Below the pieces are notes generated by a model. The model was not told the origin of the DNA and searched no databases. It worked only from the letters and a program-made list of their open reading frames with translations. From the NCBI GenBank assembly GCA_014896305.1, contig JADBKQ010000002.1, positions 65,670-129,669 on the forward strand: DNA of 64,000 nt. Reading direction: 5' to 3'. Numbering within the stretch: the first letter of the stretch is position 1; every line of letters starts with the position of its first letter. The translations under genes and the position numbers were made by a program. The DNA comes from Limnochordaceae bacterium (GTDB taxonomy: Bacteria; Bacillota; Limnochordia; Limnochordales; DUMU01). This document shows, in pieces, positions 63,841 to 64,000 of this stretch.

Positions 63841-64000
63841 ATGAGGGGACCGATACCGGTGGCAGATGTCGAGGGGCGGCGGGAGCACTTGTTACGACTC
63901 CTGACGGACAATCCTCTCCTTACCGACGAGGAGCTGGCCCGCCGGTTGGGAGTGAGCGTTCCTACGATCCGCCTGGACCGGTTGCGCCTGGGAGTGCCGG
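63841..64000 (+). CDS. fapR: Fatty-acid/phospholipid synthesis regulator FapR (5' fragment; runs off the window)
   Basis: 'MRGPIPVADVEGRREHLLRLLTDNPLLTDEELARRLGVSVPTIRLDRLRLGVP' parallels the B. subtilis FapR N-terminus ('...[29 protein letters not shown]'), recalled from memory. Confidence 0.8.
   Translation, partial: MRGPIPVADVEGRREHLLRLLTDNPLLTDEELARRLGVSVPTIRLDRLRLGVP

Noticed and set aside
1-64000. CRISPR arrays, IS elements or transposases, integrases, prophage genes, toxin-antitoxin pairs, restriction-modification or other defence systems
   Set aside because: I saw no regularly spaced repeats, no terminal inverted repeats flanking ORFs, and no ORF with transposase, integrase, nuclease-toxin or methylase motifs. 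The window is conserved housekeeping synteny throughout.

Overview
GC-rich (roughly two-thirds G+C by eye), almost fully coding core-chromosome window from a Bacillota-like, probably endospore-forming bacterium (spo0A, remA, purS, DUF503 and fapR are present). I call about 55 CDS and one tRNA. I saw no rRNA, CRISPR array, transposase, integrase or recognisable defence system. Layout: (1) argC-argJ-argB-argD-carB. (2) A VOC enzyme, a secreted 5'-nucleotidase, rarA, a GT4 glycosyltransferase and DUF503. (3) A split purine locus: purE alone, then degV, a tandem GNAT, a VIT1/CCC1 transporter and bcp, then purB-C-S-Q-L-F-M-N-H-D. (4) A long block syntenic with the B. subtilis yloA-yloV region (gene order from memory): rqcH, Ca-type P-ATPase, remA, gmk, rpoZ, priA, def, fmt, rsmB, rlmN, prpC, prkC, rsgA, rpe, rpmB, asp23, DAK2/fakA-like. 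(5) A ylb-like block: rsmD, patatin-like protein, yceD, rpmF, then the start of fapR. Many junctions are 1-4 nt overlaps (ATGA/GTGA), which suggests translational coupling. The departures from that conserved template are the interesting part. The main one is a single ORF fusing a SEDS (RodA/FtsW) polymerase to a class B PBP transpeptidase, inside an actinobacterial-style FHA / PP2C / PASTA-kinase module. Others are an actinobacterial-type mIHF where Bacillus has yloC, and spo0A with tRNA-Pro and an orphan ORF inserted between rsmB and rlmN. This Spo0A has an ADNN acidic pocket and a very long linker. A deviant ParA/MinD-like ATPase (QGGVGKS) with an SD-preceded mini-ORF sits where thiN is expected. 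carB has no carA, and coaBC and coaD are missing from their conserved slots. Conserved enzymes carry pervasive Ala/Gly/Pro-rich insertions. There are also several candidate operators and RNA structures (ARG box, PurBox pair, Pho-like repeats, a 17-bp hairpin, a long imperfect dyad upstream of rarA). I found nothing that clearly amounts to a new multi-gene system. The SEDS::bPBP fusion module is my best candidate and needs verification. All start codons were chosen by eye from SD spacing and remembered homologue N-termini.
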